IMG/VR virus record: IMGVR_UViG_3300036803_000035
Span: 793 to 64,792 of that record
Reading direction: 5' to 3' (one strand)
Origin: a virus
Taxonomy: Duplodnaviria > Caudoviricetes
DNA length: 64,000 nucleotides
Shown: positions 33,941 to 42,636 of the stretch, one piece after another
Numbering within the stretch: the stretch's first letter is position 1
How the letters are laid out: each line of letters opens with the position of its first letter
The notes under the pieces: model-generated
What the model was told of the DNA's origin: nothing
Seen by the model: only the letters and a program-made list of their open reading frames with translations
The model's database searches: none
Position numbers and translations under genes: made by a program

Positions 33941-34444
33941 ATGGGCACGCCTGTCACCTATCAAATTCTGCAATCCGGCCAGCTACAGGTCGGGGTGCAA
34001 TTCATCGGCGCGAACAGCGTCGGCCCGCAATTGACGATGACTCTGCCGCGCGTGCTGATCACGCCGGCGGCATCGCTCAACATGATCCACGATGAGTGGG
34101 GCCAGCTGACGCTCGACGGCGAGGTCCTGGTCGACATCACGACCGGATCATTCGGCACGATCGTCCATCCCGACAGCGGCGCCACGTCGCCTCTGCCCGA
34201 TGAGTATTACATCGGCAAGGGCATCGTGAGCATTCAGCAGGCCACCGACACGTCGTACATCGATGTCGGCAACGTGCCGCAATTCGAATTCACGCCGGAA
34301 GTCAAAAAGCTGGATCACTACAGCAGCCGGCTCGGCATCAAGACCAAGGATAAAACCGTCGTGCAGGAGAAGGCGGCGAAACTCAAGATCGTCCTCGACG
34401 AGTGGACCGCTCGCAATCTGCAAATGATGCTGATGGGAGTCTGA
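33941..34444 (+). CDS. Tail tube (major tail) protein, apparently circularly permuted
   Basis: Contains YYIGKGIVS...GNVPQFEFTPEVKKLDHYSSR...KDK...DEWTARNL..LMG and F.GAN.VGP...DEWGQL...GEVL...GSFGT; lies just before the chaperone and tape measure genes. Confidence 0.75.
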   Translation: MGTPVTYQILQSGQLQVGVQFIGANSVGPQLTMTLPRVLITPAASLNMIHDEWGQLTLDGEVLVDITTGSFGTIVHPDSGATSPLPDEYYIGKGIVSIQQATDTSYIDVGNVPQFEFTPEVKKLDHYSSRLGIKTKDKTVVQEKAAKLKIVLDEWTARNLQMMLMGV

Positions 34445-34462
34445 TCGGACTCCATCGGGAAT

Positions 34463-34489
34463 GCCGCCCGCCGCGAGGCGGCTTTTTTT
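34463..34489 (+). terminator. Intrinsic terminator-like hairpin after the tail tube gene
   Basis: GCCGCC-CGCCGCGA-GGCGGC-TTTTTTT. Confidence 0.65.
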
Positions 34490-34502
34490 ATGAGGTTGGC
34501 AA

Positions 34503-34967
34503 ATGCCGGTTGGCTTACTCGACATCGCGCCGCGAGACGAACGGCGCGAGACGCTCAAGGTCGGAGATCAGGAGATCGAAATTCGCGGGCTCACCGTTCC
34601 CGAGATGGGGCGGCTGTGCAAGCGGTTCCCCGATCTTCGCATCTCGCTGTTCAATGACAGCGCGCCCGAGGATGTCAAGGCAGCCGGGATGCTCGAAGCC
34701 TGGCCGGCGATCGTCGCGCTCGGCGTCGTCAAACAGCCCGGCGAAACGGCGACCGATGCAGAGCGGGAAGCGGCGATCAATCGGATGCCGCAGGAGATGA
34801 TGCTGGCGATCGGCACCGCGATCATGCGCGTGACCAACCCCGAGAAGCCGAAGGATGGTGAACGCCCTTTGGCGCCGGCGGCGGAGGCAGCGCTGGCGGC
34901 CGCCCTCGAAGAAGCACGAGCGGCCGGAGCGGCGAGCACGAGCTCTGCGCCGCCCTCGAACTCCTAA
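34503..34967 (+). CDS. Tail assembly chaperone (G)
   Basis: Lies between the tube and tape measure genes; IEIRGLTVPEMGRL..RFP. Confidence 0.75.
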   Translation: MPVGLLDIAPRDERRETLKVGDQEIEIRGLTVPEMGRLCKRFPDLRISLFNDSAPEDVKAAGMLEAWPAIVALGVVKQPGETATDAEREAAINRMPQEMMLAIGTAIMRVTNPEKPKDGERPLAPAAEAALAAALEEARAAGAASTSSAPPSNS

Positions 34968-35152
34968 TCGCCTGCGGGCACCGGCGCGAGGACCTGTGGC
35001 ACTACACGCCGCGGGAAATCGTCGCCTGGGCCACGCTCGCGAATGAACGCCGGCGGCGGGAGCTCGCCGAAAATCTGACCGTCGCGGTGCTCGGCGCGCG
35101 CGGCGAAAAGAGCGAAGTCGAAACCCGCCTGCGCGAGTGGTCCGATGGCTGA
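34865..35152 (+). other. Programmed -1 frameshift site C CCT TTG (34865-34871) and the GT extension frame
   Basis: X XXY YYZ heptamer in the correct phase of G. The -1 frame is open to TGA 35150-35152 and encodes LIACGH...W.YTPREI..W..LA..RRRRELA, with no start codon of its own. Confidence 0.8.
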
Positions 35153-37319
35153 CAATCTGACGATCGCAATCGGCGCAGATAGCACCAAGCTGCGCAGCGA
35201 TCTCGCCGTCGTGCAGGCGCAAATGCGCCAGTTCGGCACCGAGCTCCGGCGCGCGGCACAGGACTCGCTCAAGACCGGCGACACGTCGGGGCTGGCCTCG
35301 ATCGCGAAGAATTTCGAGGCGGCGCGGGTCAAGGCGGGCGAGCTCACCGCCGCGCTGCGCACCCAAGCGACCGAGCACGCCGGTTTCCGCGGCGCCCTTC
35401 TGAGGTCCGCAGAGGCACTCCGCGGCGCTCGCGAACACATGCACGCCTTCGGGGAGTCGGCTCGCAATGTCGGCGAGCGCGTGTTCCCGCACTTCCGCGA
35501 AATCCTCGCCCTCAGCGTCGGCGTCGCCATCGTCGAATTTGTGCGCAAGCTGAAAGAGGCGAACGCCGAAATCCGCGAAACCGAGAACCTGGCGAAAGCG
35601 CTCGGCGTCACGAATGAGGCGATGGAAGGCCTCGAATTGGTCGGGGCGCAAGCTGGGCTGTCGATGGGCACGTTCGGTCGCGCGCTGGCGATCTCGGCAC
35701 GCCATATCGGCGAGGTCAGAGAGGAGACGATCACCGCCACCGGGCAGATGCCGGGCGCTGTCTCGGAATTGCGCGGCAACATGGCGCACATCGCCGACGT
35801 CGGCACGCGCCTCGCCGGCGGGATGAATCAGGCCAATCAGAGCATTCTGGCCGCCACCACGATCATGCGCGGCGGCGTGAAGCCGGCGATCGATTTCAAA
35901 CACACCTTCGACGATCTGATCAATGACACGCAGAAATTCCCGGCGACGCTCGAAGGCAATTTGAAACTCCAAGTCGCCATCGCCGATCGCATCACCCACA
36001 TGAAGGATAAGACCGTCCAGGCGGCATTGGCGCAAAAGCAATACGGGCGCAATTGGTTCGAAGTCATCGCCGCGCTGGAAAATCTCGGTCCGAAATTGAA
36101 GGCGGCCACCGAGGACATCGAGCACAGCCATCTCGCGATCACCGACACCGATCGCAAGCGCGCGCGAGCGTTCAATTCCGAAACCGCCGTGATGGGCGTC
36201 TACGTCAACAACCTGAAAAAGATCGTCGCCGCCGCGCTCGGCCAGGGACTCATCCCGTTTTTCAAGGGCATGGAGGCGGTGCTCAAGGGCAACGCCGACT
36301 CGATCCGCGCCTGGGCCGAGCAAGCCGGCAAATACATCGGCGACACCGCGCAAGATTTCCTCGCGCTGTTCTCATTCGGGAAGGTGCAATCGAACGCGAC
36401 CGGCTTGACGAAAACGCTGGTCAGCCTCGGGGAGACTGCCGCACGCACGTTCCGCATTTTTCGGGGCGCGCTCGATTACATGCGAATCGCCCTCGACGCG
36501 ATCGCCGCCGGGTTCAATCAGGCGTTCGGCACGCATATCAACGCCGAATTGGTCGGCGCTGTGTTGCTGTTCGGCAAACTGAGCGGCCTGTTCTCGCTGG
36601 CGGCGACCGGCGTTGGATTGCTGACCGACGCCTTTCGCGGTTTTGTCATCGTGTCGCGGTTCTTCGTGACGACGCCGCTCGGCATGATCCTGTTCGCGAT
36701 CGCGACCGTTGCGCTCGTGATCTACAAAAATTGGGACACGCTCAAGCCGCTGTTTGTCGCGACCTGGAACTTGATGAAAGCCTTCGGCGGCTGGGTCAGC
36801 GATACCTTCACCGGCATTTGGAGCAAATCGGTCGGCGCGATCGAGGACCTGTTCAACGGCCTGTGGAATTGGATCAAGGCGGTTTTCGACAAGGTCATCA
36901 ACGCGGCGAAGGAAGCGGCGAAGTGGGTCGCGAAGGCGTTCGGCGCCAGCAGCGGCGGCAGCACCGATAACGCGCCCGAGACGGCCGGCGGTCACGCGCG
37001 CGGCGGCTATATCCGCGGCCCCGGCAGCGGATCGAGCGACAGCATCCCGGCCTACCTGTCGAATGGCGAGTATGTCGTGCGCGCCGCATCGGTCGCGCGC
37101 ATCGGCGTGCCGGCTCTGAACCGCATCAATTCGGGATCGGTGCCGAAATTCGCCGAAGGCGGCCTCGTCGGCGGCGGCGGGACGCCCCTGCATCTGCATC
37201 TCGGCTCGCGCAGCTATGCCGCCAGCGCCTCGCGCGGTGTCACCGACAGCCTGATCCACGAAGCGCGCACCCGGCACATGGTCACGACCGGGCGCAAACC
37301 CAGCTGGGCCGGCACATGA
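35145..37319 (+). CDS. Tape measure protein (724 aa)
   Basis: DNLTIAIGADSTKL N-terminus, long Ala/helical body, W-spaced repeats, C-terminal ARGGYIRGPG.G.SDSIPAYLSNGEYV. Confidence 0.9.
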   Translation: MADNLTIAIGADSTKLRSDLAVVQAQMRQFGTELRRAAQDSLKTGDTSGLASIAKNFEAARVKAGELTAALRTQATEHAGFRGALLRSAEALRGAREHMHAFGESARNVGERVFPHFREILALSVGVAIVEFVRKLKEANAEIRETENLAKALGVTNEAMEGLELVGAQAGLSMGTFGRALAISARHIGEVREETITATGQMPGAVSELRGNMAHIADVGTRLAGGMNQANQSILAATTIMRGGVKPAIDFKHTFDDLINDTQKFPATLEGNLKLQVAIADRITHMKDKTVQAALAQKQYGRNWFEVIAALENLGPKLKAATEDIEHSHLAITDTDRKRARAFNSETAVMGVYVNNLKKIVAAALGQGLIPFFKGMEAVLKGNADSIRAWAEQAGKYIGDTAQDFLALFSFGKVQSNATGLTKTLVSLGETAARTFRIFRGALDYMRIALDAIAAGFNQAFGTHINAELVGAVLLFGKLSGLFSLAATGVGLLTDAFRGFVIVSRFFVTTPLGMILFAIATVALVIYKNWDTLKPLFVATWNLMKAFGGWVSDTFTGIWSKSVGAIEDLFNGLWNWIKAVFDKVINAAKEAAKWVAKAFGASSGGSTDNAPETAGGHARGGYIRGPGSGSSDSIPAYLSNGEYVVRAASVARIGVPALNRINSGSVPKFAEGGLVGGGGTPLHLHLGSRSYAASASRGVTDSLIHEARTRHMVTTGRKPSWAGT

Positions 37320-37744
37320 CGGACATCACCACGCTGCTGACGTTGTCGGGCGACAATCTGCCGCCCTATTCGGCGCGCGGCCTGCGCCAAACGCTCGAAC
37401 CGATCGGCCAGGCCTCGGCGCTGCATCGATCGGTCAATGGTCGGCTGCTCAACTTCGCGCCGTCACAGTTTCAGCTTTTCAAGACCGAGATCAGCGGCAA
37501 CGATCAGCAGGCGCCGGCGCTCACGAAGGTGTGGCCCGGTACGCCGATCACCGTCAGCACGGTGGCGGAGCTCGCCTATCTGACCGCCAACAACGTCCCT
37601 GAGCGGCTGATCGCCGGGTCATTCATCGACGGCGATTACACGTTTTATCGCCTTGTGCTGAATTGCATCGTGGTCAACTGGAACCTCGACAAGGCCGAGT
37701 GGGAAGCGATGACGGGCTGGCGGATCGATTTGGAGGAAGCATGA
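37316..37744 (+). CDS. Distal tail (Dit)-like protein
   Basis: Immediately after the tape measure gene; PPYSARGL.QTL.PI...RS.NG.L. Confidence 0.65.
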   Translation: MTDITTLLTLSGDNLPPYSARGLRQTLEPIGQASALHRSVNGRLLNFAPSQFQLFKTEISGNDQQAPALTKVWPGTPITVSTVAELAYLTANNVPERLIAGSFIDGDYTFYRLVLNCIVVNWNLDKAEWEAMTGWRIDLEEA

Positions 37745-37828
37745 TCGACCACCTACTCGTGGCCGCTGGGGTGATCCTCGCCATGTTGGCTTTTCTGTCG
37801 CCGCTGCTGGCGATCCACTAATTCGATC

Positions 37829-38017
37829 CTAGCGCAGATCGCTCTTCCAGCGATCGAGCGCGCGCGCCAGCGCAATGATCCGCGGACTGTTGCAATCGAC
37901 ATCCAGCGTCATCGTCCCAGCCGCGCTCGGCTGCGGCAGATTGTGCATAACGCGCGCGAAGGCGACGGCGAGAGCGAGCGAGGCCCCGCTTGGTGCCACC
38001 GATTGAGGTTCGTCCAT
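37829..38017 (-). CDS. Possible small reverse-strand moron
   Basis: ORF fills the gap between Dit and the hub gene. Confidence 0.35.
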   Translation of the reverse strand: MDEPQSVAPSGASLALAVAFARVMHNLPQPSAAGTMTLDVDCNSPRIIALARALDRWKSDLR

Positions 38018-40940
38018 GCCCGGTCCTTTCTACTTCGCCTGGGTTGGCGGACAGATGCCGGCTGCGCAAACGCTGCTGGCGACGCGCGGCGACACTCACG
38101 GCGCCGTGCTTAGCACGATCAGCATCACCGGCGACATCGCCAACACCCAGCGCACGATCCTCAATGTCGGCAACATCGGCGCGCTGTCGATCGGCGCGCT
38201 CTACGGCATCGAGGGTCCCGGCGTCTCCGACGTCGTGGTCTATGACGGCGGCAATCTCTTAGAACTGAGCTCGCCGGCGACGGCGACGATCACCCAAGCC
38301 ACCTTCGTGCTGACCGCGGCGATCGACGTCCTCAACACCAATGCCTCGATCACCGCCGGCAACGTGCACGCGACGCTCGCCGACATCAGCGGCTTGGAGC
38401 TCGGCGCCGTCCACGGCATCGCCGGCGCCGGCTTCGCGCAGGGCTCGACCTTCGTTTTCGCCGGCAGCGCGGACATCGTGCTCTCGCTGGCGCCGCTCGA
38501 CACGTTCAACCCGGTCGCGGTCACGATCAGCGCCGTCTCGCCGCGCGCTCCGTTCCTGATCGACGGCATCGAGGACCTGTCGCCGCTGACGCCGGGGCTG
38601 ACCTACAACATCGGCGGGCCCGGGATCCCCGACGGCGCCGGCTTTGTCGCGCCGGCGAGCGGCAACGCGATCACGATCGACGTCCCCACCACCGACACCC
38701 GCACGCTCGGGCCGCTGGTCATCACCGGACCGAGGCTCGAGGACGGCGGCGGCTTTTCGACCGACTTCGTGCGCGAGGATGACACCGAGATCGTTCGCAT
38801 TTCGATCGAACAAGAGGAAGGCGACTTCGCCGTCCTGACGATCGAAACGCGCAACCCGTTTGTCGGGCTCCTGGCACCTGGCCGGGAGATTTGGGGCTGG
38901 CTCTCCTGGGATGACGGCACCGGCAATATCGTGCCGCTGTTCCACGGCCGCCTCGTCGGCCTGCCGAGCGACCTGATCGGCGAGCGGATCGAGCTCAAGT
39001 TCATCGCGCAGCCGAATGACTTCGCGGCGCAGAAATTGACTCTCGCGGAGTCGATGAAGGTCGCGCCCTATTGGGACCCGGTGTGGCTGCAACCGCGCCT
39101 AGCTGATCCCGACGCGGTGCTCGAAAGCTATTCCGCGCTCTGGCATGTCGATCGCGTGACGCTCGTGGTCACGGCCTCCGACATCATCATCGGCGAGGAC
39201 GGCACGATCGAGATCGGCCAGGACGATCACCTTTACGAGCCGATGACGACGGCGATCGCGCAGCCGCCGCAGACCTCGATCATCCTCACCGGCACGGTCA
39301 CCTGGTTGCAGACCGCCGGCGGCACGATCGACTTCACGCGCAAGATTTGCTCGGCGTTCCAGGCGGGCGGCTCGCCCTATGCCTATCCGCTGATCTGCAC
39401 ATTGACCGGCGACGGGCTCAAGGGATCGTGGCCGGCGCCCGGGACATCGATCGGCGGCGGCTGGTCGGTCGCGGACACCAATTCGCTCGTGACCGCGACG
39501 CCGCGCCAAAGCCTCCTCAACTACTCCTATTCGCCGGTCTTGGGCTTCACAAATGGCTGGATCACGCCCTACGAATACAAGGTCACTTACACCGCGCAAT
39601 TGCAGGCGACCCCGACGCAGACCTTCGCGTCGCAGTTCTTCCAGAATTGGGGAACGTTCACGCTCTCCTTCCCGCTGACGGTGTTCCAAATCCTGTTCGC
39701 GGCGCAATACTCGGCCGCGCGCAAGCGCACCGAAACGGTCACCGCGACGATGTTCGCCGATTTGCAGCCGGTGTTGACCGATGCTGCGAAGGGCGAGGAC
39801 ACCATCGAGCTCAACAGCGAATATGTTGGCCTCGCGGTCGATGATGACGGCAGCATCCCGATCGGTGATCTGCGCTCGCCCTCCTACTTCAAGACCGATC
39901 GCGGCGCGCAGAGTTTCGAATATATGCTCCTGCTCGGTCGCGCCAAGCTGCGCTATCGCGCGCGATGCTTTGACATCGCCATCACCGTGCCGTGGTCGAT
40001 TGCGATCCAGGCGACATGCCGCAAAACGGTGCAGCTGACCGACTATCGGCTGCCCGGCGGCGCGGCGCTCGGCAAGATCAAGCACTATGCGATCGTCATC
40101 GATGACCAAGGCGCGCGCGGCGAGCTCACGCTCGCGTGCTGCATCGGGCGCGGCAGCACCGTGACCGAGGATCCCGGCGTCGGCGACTATGCCGGCTCGG
40201 GCTACATGCAGACCGGCTACCAGCGGATGTCGGGCGCGCAATTGAGCGTCGTGGAGGGCGAGCTCGTCTATCAGACCTTCGACGATTTCGGCATCAACGA
40301 TGACGGCGTCGATCTGTTCAACATGAACGCCGACACGTGCCTCCTCAATTACACGACCTCGGATATTCCGGCGGTCGGGTTCTCGGTAAGCGGCGAGCTC
40401 ACGCAGGGCTCGACCGTCGTTTCCAATCTCTCGGACCTGTCCGGTTTCATCGCCGCGACAACGGTCGTGAAGTCGCGCACCTTCGGCGTCAAGGGCACCG
40501 GCATCCCGCTCGGCTCGCGCGCAACCTATTCGGACGGCAAGCTGACGCTGAGCAATCCGGCGAATTTCTTCCCGGGTCGGCCGCTCGGCAGCATCCCGAG
40601 CGTCGGCACGCAAACCGTTTCGATCGCCGTCACCGGCTCGCATCTCAATTCGGGGATCGTCGAGGGCGGGCTCCGCGACCAGGTCAACGCGATCCGCGGG
40701 GTCGGCGTCGTCATTCCCCCCATATCAACCGGCGGCTTCCTCGCTCACCAATTCGGCGGCGGGCTCGGCGGGATCACGACACCAGGCGCGCTCGGCATCG
40801 ATCCGATCGGCGGCATTTCGCAGATGCCGACCGTGATCACGCTCGACCTTCCCGATCTGACGGCTGAATTCGCGACTTCGTTTGCGCCGCAAGTGCAACC
40901 GCTCGCGCTGCCAAAAACGATCGATCTCGAAGCCAGCTGA
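38016..40940 (+). CDS. Large tail hub / baseplate protein (974 aa) with inserted beta modules
   Basis: MPGPFYFAW start, EQEEGDFA.L.IE..NP..GLL..GR.IW.WLSWD...PLF.GRL core; position in the operon. Confidence 0.75.
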   Translation: MPGPFYFAWVGGQMPAAQTLLATRGDTHGAVLSTISITGDIANTQRTILNVGNIGALSIGALYGIEGPGVSDVVVYDGGNLLELSSPATATITQATFVLTAAIDVLNTNASITAGNVHATLADISGLELGAVHGIAGAGFAQGSTFVFAGSADIVLSLAPLDTFNPVAVTISAVSPRAPFLIDGIEDLSPLTPGLTYNIGGPGIPDGAGFVAPASGNAITIDVPTTDTRTLGPLVITGPRLEDGGGFSTDFVREDDTEIVRISIEQEEGDFAVLTIETRNPFVGLLAPGREIWGWLSWDDGTGNIVPLFHGRLVGLPSDLIGERIELKFIAQPNDFAAQKLTLAESMKVAPYWDPVWLQPRLADPDAVLESYSALWHVDRVTLVVTASDIIIGEDGTIEIGQDDHLYEPMTTAIAQPPQTSIILTGTVTWLQTAGGTIDFTRKICSAFQAGGSPYAYPLICTLTGDGLKGSWPAPGTSIGGGWSVADTNSLVTATPRQSLLNYSYSPVLGFTNGWITPYEYKVTYTAQLQATPTQTFASQFFQNWGTFTLSFPLTVFQILFAAQYSAARKRTETVTATMFADLQPVLTDAAKGEDTIELNSEYVGLAVDDDGSIPIGDLRSPSYFKTDRGAQSFEYMLLLGRAKLRYRARCFDIAITVPWSIAIQATCRKTVQLTDYRLPGGAALGKIKHYAIVIDDQGARGELTLACCIGRGSTVTEDPGVGDYAGSGYMQTGYQRMSGAQLSVVEGELVYQTFDDFGINDDGVDLFNMNADTCLLNYTTSDIPAVGFSVSGELTQGSTVVSNLSDLSGFIAATTVVKSRTFGVKGTGIPLGSRATYSDGKLTLSNPANFFPGRPLGSIPSVGTQTVSIAVTGSHLNSGIVEGGLRDQVNAIRGVGVVIPPISTGGFLAHQFGGGLGGITTPGALGIDPIGGISQMPTVITLDLPDLTAEFATSFAPQVQPLALPKTIDLEAS

Positions 40941-40951
40941 GCGAGGCCGCC

Positions 40952-41401
40952 ATGTTCGAAGAATTGGTTCGGCCGTTTCAGCGGCCGGTGGTCATCTCGC
41001 TCGGCAATCGGATCCCGGTCACCATCGTCAAGGTTACCGGCGGCGTCTCGGAAATTCGCTGGGGCGATGTCGGCGCGTTGCCGCAACCGCAGAGCGCCGG
41101 CGTCAATTTCGGCCTCTGCAATGAGACGATGACCGAGACGAGCCGCGAGACGGACACCATTCGGATCGAGAACCCCGACGACTCTTCGCAATTCATCATG
41201 GTGAAGCGCGCCAAGTCGATGAAGTTCGACAAGACCAATCAAAAGGCGCCGGTGCTGAATTCGGATTTCAATATCGGCGTCGAGGCGGCGCTGTCGGATT
41301 TTTCCAGCGATCTCGGCGCGTTCGGCACGCAAAGCGGTTCCTCGACCGATCACTGCCAGGTCACGGTCACTCTTTCGAATAACACGGCGGGCGCGGGATG
41401 A
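40952..41401 (+). CDS. Tail-associated hypothetical protein
   Basis: MFEELVRPFQ...ETSRET..IRIENPDD...F..VKRAKS. Confidence 0.65.
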   Translation: MFEELVRPFQRPVVISLGNRIPVTIVKVTGGVSEIRWGDVGALPQPQSAGVNFGLCNETMTETSRETDTIRIENPDDSSQFIMVKRAKSMKFDKTNQKAPVLNSDFNIGVEAALSDFSSDLGAFGTQSGSSTDHCQVTVTLSNNTAGAG

Positions 41402-42483
41402 GCGACGGCGTCGGATCGGTGAGCAAGCCCTACGGCGAGCATCCTTTCGATCGGATCAGCGAAGTAGGTTGGGGCGGCGGCGCGATGGTGCTCGCCGAGA
41501 TCGGCTTTCCGATCATCCTGACGTCGGACAATGACAACATCGGCTCGACTTTCGCCACCGGCTCGACCGGCAAGTATCCGCCCGGCGGCGAAATCCCGAA
41601 AACCGCGCATCCGCCGCCGGGCGAGTTCGGCATGGTGGGTTATACCGATGTCGCGTTCCTGTCGCCGTCTCTCGACGACGGCAATCCGATCGGCCGATTT
41701 CCGGGCGGGCTGGGGGTGCAGCACGACCGATACACCGTCCTGCTCCCGCTCAAGCGCGGCGACGTGTATTGGGGTTTCGGTGGCCGCATTCCGCAAGCGG
41801 CGGTTGAAAACGGCTTCACTCGATCGGGCATTTTTTTTGGCGATCCGGGTTCGTGGAACGCCCTGTGGAATTTCGTCGCCTTCAATTTTCCCGCCGATCC
41901 GCATCTGATCAGCACGGACGAATTTGTCTACAAGTTTTGGGACGAATTCGCCGACAACAGCGGCGATCATCTTATCGATCACGCGCCGTTCGGCATCCAC
42001 TTCCCCGATCGCTTCCAGAATTGGGTCGCGGTTTTTGAGTCGCATCAAATCGGCGTGCGACAGACCTTCGCGATCAGTCCGATGCTGGTCAATCTGCTCG
42101 CCAATCCGAAAAACCCGCCTGACGGCTGGGCGACCGAAACCAAGTCGAAGAAAATCACACTAACGACGCCGGCGGTCGGACCGATTGATAACACGTCGAC
42201 CGGCTTCGACGATTTCCTGCCCGAAGCCGACTCGTCGTTTTATCTGCCGTCGCGCTTCCGTTGCTATCGTGGCGGCACGTTCATCCTGCAAGCGACGCCG
42301 ACGGATAGCAGCACGCTATGGGACACCGGCATCGTGAATGGGTTCAATGACATAGCGATCGGCGACGTCGTCAATGTCGGCGGCACGTTGGTTTGGGACA
42401 CCGGCGACATCGCGCCGGTGCCGTTCGATGGCACGGTGCACCAGCTTGGTAGCTTCACTGCATCAGCCTTTACGCCGCCATGA
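41398..42483 (+). CDS. Putative receptor-binding or tail tip protein
   Basis: Aromatic/Gly/Pro-rich; position in the operon. Confidence 0.55.
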   Translation: MSDGVGSVSKPYGEHPFDRISEVGWGGGAMVLAEIGFPIILTSDNDNIGSTFATGSTGKYPPGGEIPKTAHPPPGEFGMVGYTDVAFLSPSLDDGNPIGRFPGGLGVQHDRYTVLLPLKRGDVYWGFGGRIPQAAVENGFTRSGIFFGDPGSWNALWNFVAFNFPADPHLISTDEFVYKFWDEFADNSGDHLIDHAPFGIHFPDRFQNWVAVFESHQIGVRQTFAISPMLVNLLANPKNPPDGWATETKSKKITLTTPAVGPIDNTSTGFDDFLPEADSSFYLPSRFRCYRGGTFILQATPTDSSTLWDTGIVNGFNDIAIGDVVNVGGTLVWDTGDIAPVPFDGTVHQLGSFTASAFTPP

Positions 42484-42597
42484 TCTGCGCCGGATGCGAA
42501 CGCCGGCGCGAAGCGCTGCGCCAGGTCATTTGGCGCGTCGCGCGAAAGGCGCGCATCGAGCCGCCGCCTGATCAATCGAACGAGCCGCCCCAGCCGC

Positions 42598-42623
42598 CGC
42601 CGCCTTCGGGCGGCGATTTTTTT
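42598..42623 (+). terminator. Intrinsic terminator-like hairpin
   Basis: CGCCGCC-TTCG-GGCGGCG-A-TTTTTTT. Confidence 0.65.
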
Positions 42624-42636
42624 GGAGTAAAGCCGA

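Noticed and set aside
33478-40940. Contractile (myovirus) tail or gene transfer agent
   Set aside because: No sheath or baseplate wedge genes. Replication, recombination and accessory arms are present, unlike a GTA cluster.
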